Of a stretch of 62,818 bases of DNA, positions 56,331 to 62,818 are shown piece by piece; position 1 is the first letter of the stretch, and every line of letters starts with the position of its first letter. The translations under genes were made by a program, and so were the position numbers. The notes beneath the pieces were generated by a model, which was not told the DNA's origin, made no database searches, and worked only from the letters and a program-made list of their open reading frames with translations. This stretch comes from Eledone cirrhosa (lineage: Eukaryota): the NCBI GenBank assembly GCA_964016885.1, contig CAXHJY010001362.1, positions 1 to 62,818 on the forward strand. The letters run 5' to 3'.

Positions 56331-57159
56331 TGGAAATCTTAAATTGACACAAATTTTTGCCAATGTTTTTGCTACCTGAGGTAATTACAAGGGGAGGTAA
56401 TTACGAGTCTCTCTCTATTATCTAATATATTTCAAATTGTATTTTTAACTAAATTCATTTATCATAGTCCTATATTTTAAAAATAGGTTAGTGCTCCACG
56501 ATGATGACCCATGTCCCCGCCATGTGGAGGGGATGCTTAGGAGCCATCCAGATATCATATGACCATTTTTGGTTCGCGGTGTCCACATGATATCTGGATG
56601 GCCCTTTATACTAATTAGTCATTTATCTGCATAAAAATTATACCAGATCATTCTGATTATTGGCTTGAAATCTTTTACACAATTAGTATGAGCAACTAAG
56701 AGGTCATCAATAGAATCAATAGAATTACTTTTTGAAGTTTTCATGCACAGCATTTTTTGGTCTTTTAAATAAAAGTTAATATCATAATTCTTATTTTGTA
56801 TACCCACATTGCAGATACAGAGAAACATGACAATCCTATATAAAGGTCGTAGACTGCAGTATCAGTTTTTATCCGTAACACCTTTGAAATGCACAAGTTT
56901 CACCAATTCCCTATTATGCACTAATCATCTCAAATGCATTTATGATGTACTAGCTTTGTCATTAAGCCAGTTGCCTCAACTAGATTGCAATTATGCTCAA
57001 AAGAACTTTAAGATGGCAATCACTTGTCAGTAATTCACTATGATCATTTAATTATTAGATAGTTGTTGCTTGCATTGCCTTAAAAAATAGTAGACCAGAT
57101 AGAAAAATGCGTACAGCAAAAAAAAGTAATATTGTTGGAATACAAACCTTTAAAAATAC

Positions 57160-57270
57160 AGGACAAGAAACTAAAATAAAAGTTTAAAAGAATAGGACAA
57201 GAAACTAACATAAAACTTTAAAAGAATAGGACAAGAAACTAAGATAAAACTTTAAAGAATTGGACAAGAA
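57160..57270. repeat. ~34-bp tandem repeat, ~3 copies
   Basis: AGGACAAGAAACTAAnATAAAAnTTTAAAAGAAT. Confidence 0.85.
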
Positions 57271-57271
57271 A

Positions 57272-58645
<1,374 letters not shown>

Positions 58646-60985
58646 AGTGTACTTAGCAAGAAGGGAAGCTGAGGAAAGAAAGTTCAAGCATGTTCTACAA
58701 CGCGATGACCAAAAACGTGAGGTGTTCAGGATTGCTAGGCAATGCGTCAAGGAAAACCGTGATATTGTCGGGGAGAAGTGTGTACTAAACGACGATGGCA
58801 CACTTGCCATCACCGACGCTGATAAGAAGGTAGCTTGGAAGTGTCACTATGAAAGGCTTCTAAATGAGGAGAATAATTGGGAGAAAGGCAGTCTCCCCCA
58901 TATCGACCCAATAGAGGGACCAGCAGTGTTAGTCGAGGGGAGTATAATAAGTAAGGCAATCAAGGATATGAAGACTGGTAAGGCGGCTGGGCCTTCGGAA
59001 ATAGTTGCTGAGATGCTGAAGGCATCTGGCACGGTGGGACACACCATGGTCACCCGCATAGTTAACCAAGTCGTACAGAATGGGGTTGTTCCGAAGGACT
59101 GGCATAGCAGCATCATCGTTAACTGTTATAAGGGTAAAGGAGACGCCCTAGATAGGAGTAACTATAGAGGCATTAAATTAATCGACCAGGTCATGAAGGT
59201 CACGGAAAGAGTAATAGCGCAACTAATCAGAGAGAGAATTGACCTAGATGAAATGCAGTTCGGGTTTGTGTCAGGCAAAAGTACCACAGACGCTCTTTTC
59301 ATAGTACGACAACTACAAGAGAAGTACCTAGCTAAAGGTAAACCCCTCTACTTAGCTTTTGTCGACTTGGAGAAAGCCTTCGACAGAGTCCCCCGCTCCA
59401 TTATCTGGTGGGCTCTTAGAAAACTAGGCGTTGACGAATGGCTTGTGAGGGCTATACAAGCCATGTATAAAGAAACAGTCAGCAAGGTTAGAATTAACAA
59501 CGAATATAGTGAAGAGTTTAGCGTAAAAGTTGGCGTCCATCAGGGCTCTGTTCTCAGTCCACTACTATTTATTATTGCCCTTCAGGCTATAACAGAGGAG
59601 TTCAAGACAGGCTGCCCATGGGAACTCCTATACGCAGACGACCTGACACTCATAGCGGAATCAATGGCCGAGCTAGAGAAGAAATTCCAAACATGGAAGC
59701 ACGGCCTAGAGTCAAAAGGACTTAAAATTAACCTGGCTAAGACCAAAGTACTAGTTTGTAGGAAAGAAAACAAGGCGGCGGTCCCTTCTGGGAAATGGTC
59801 GTGCTCGGTGTGTAGGAAAGGCGTAGGTAGAAACTCCATTTTATGTCCTAAATGCAAAGTATGGGTGCATAAAAGATGTAGTGGGATCACAGGTAAGCTA
59901 ACTAAGAACATAGATTTTACATGTGGCCGGTGCTCTGGTGCAATAAGTAGCAGCAAGTGCCCACAAACTACTAGCTCTTTCAATTGCGCAGAGGGTTCTA
60001 TAGAAATAGTGGACAGCTTCCGTTACCTGGGCGATAAAATCAGCAGTGGGGGAGGGTGCTCTGAAAGTACTGTAGCTAGAGTCAGAACTGGTTGGAAAAA
60101 GTTCAGAGAGCTTATACCACTATTAGCTGCTAAAGGGTTCTCACTAAAAATGAAAGGCAGGTTGTACGATGCCTGCATACGAACAGCAATGCTGCATGGC
60201 AGTGAGACCTGGGCATTGTGTGCAGAGGATATACGCAGACTAGAGAGGAACGAAGCTTGCATGCTCCGCTGGATGTGTAACAGTAATATACGTGAACGGC
60301 AAAGCATAAACGAACTAAGGAAAAAATTAGAGATAAGAGGGATCAGATGTTGTTTACTCGAGAGAAGGCTACGTTGGTATGGACACGTGATGCGCATGAA
60401 AGTCGATAGCTGTATAACAAAGTGCAGGGCAATAAAGATAGACGGTAGTCACGGAATAGGCAGACCTAGAAAAACCTGGGACGAGCTGATAAACTCCGAC
60501 ATCACACACTTACACCTCTCCAAGACAATGTCACTGGACCGAGACCTTTGGCGGTACTCAGTAACAGAGAAGACCCGCCTTACCTAAATATATAGTAAAA
60601 CCTACTCCAGCCAGTAGGCATCTCTAACAAAATACACCCCGTCCCACCACCACCACCCCCACCCGATCCACACCACCCCGTTCTATGTAAAGTTATGTTG
60701 GTGCCGCGCCATCGAGGCCGAAACAAATGAGATCGTGTAGGTGTCACGACAAAAAAACACACAGTCCACGCTGTAATGTGGCCGTGTAGGCAACACGGTA
60801 AAAACCTCCCAGACCCACACTGTAAATGTGGTTGGTGTTAGGAAGGGCATCCAACTGTAGAAAACCTGCCAGACAGTCCTATGCGAGCAAGACAATCACT
60901 CTTGCCTCAAGTGGGACTACCCCCGTCCAAACCCATGCAAGCGTGGAACACGGACGTTAAACGTTGATGATGATGATGATGATGA
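58646..60985 (+). mobile_element. RTE family A, 5'-truncated, open 646-aa RT ORF (58647-60587)
   Basis: Protein nearly identical to 8404-10797; 3' UTR and (GAT)n tail. Confidence 0.95.

Positions 60986-62818
<1,833 letters not shown>

Overview
Eukaryotic, very AT-rich, repeat-saturated DNA with no recognisable host gene. The repeat repertoire resembles an octopus/coleoid genome (inference). Kilobase (TA)n microsatellites are interleaved with three families of RTE-clade LINEs, each with a PHD-type zinc finger inside the RT region, and five Penelope-like elements (RT and/or GIY-YIG). The window also holds a decayed L1/Tx1 LINE, a CRE-type RLE fragment, a full-length DD34D mariner, a Tc1-like fragment, two non-autonomous Helitrons, a decayed autonomous Helitron/Helentron with an apparent USP-type protease Cys-box, tRNA-derived SINEs, two candidate solo LTRs and small satellites. 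The main signal invisible to the ORF track is a set of 11 complete type I hammerhead ribozyme motifs (about 7 sequence families), read by eye on both strands. Three belong to a non-coding 591-bp retrozyme-like unit with a U3-A8 core variant, and two sit in the arms of a 308-bp palindrome. All structures were assigned manually; element boundaries are approximate unless stated otherwise.
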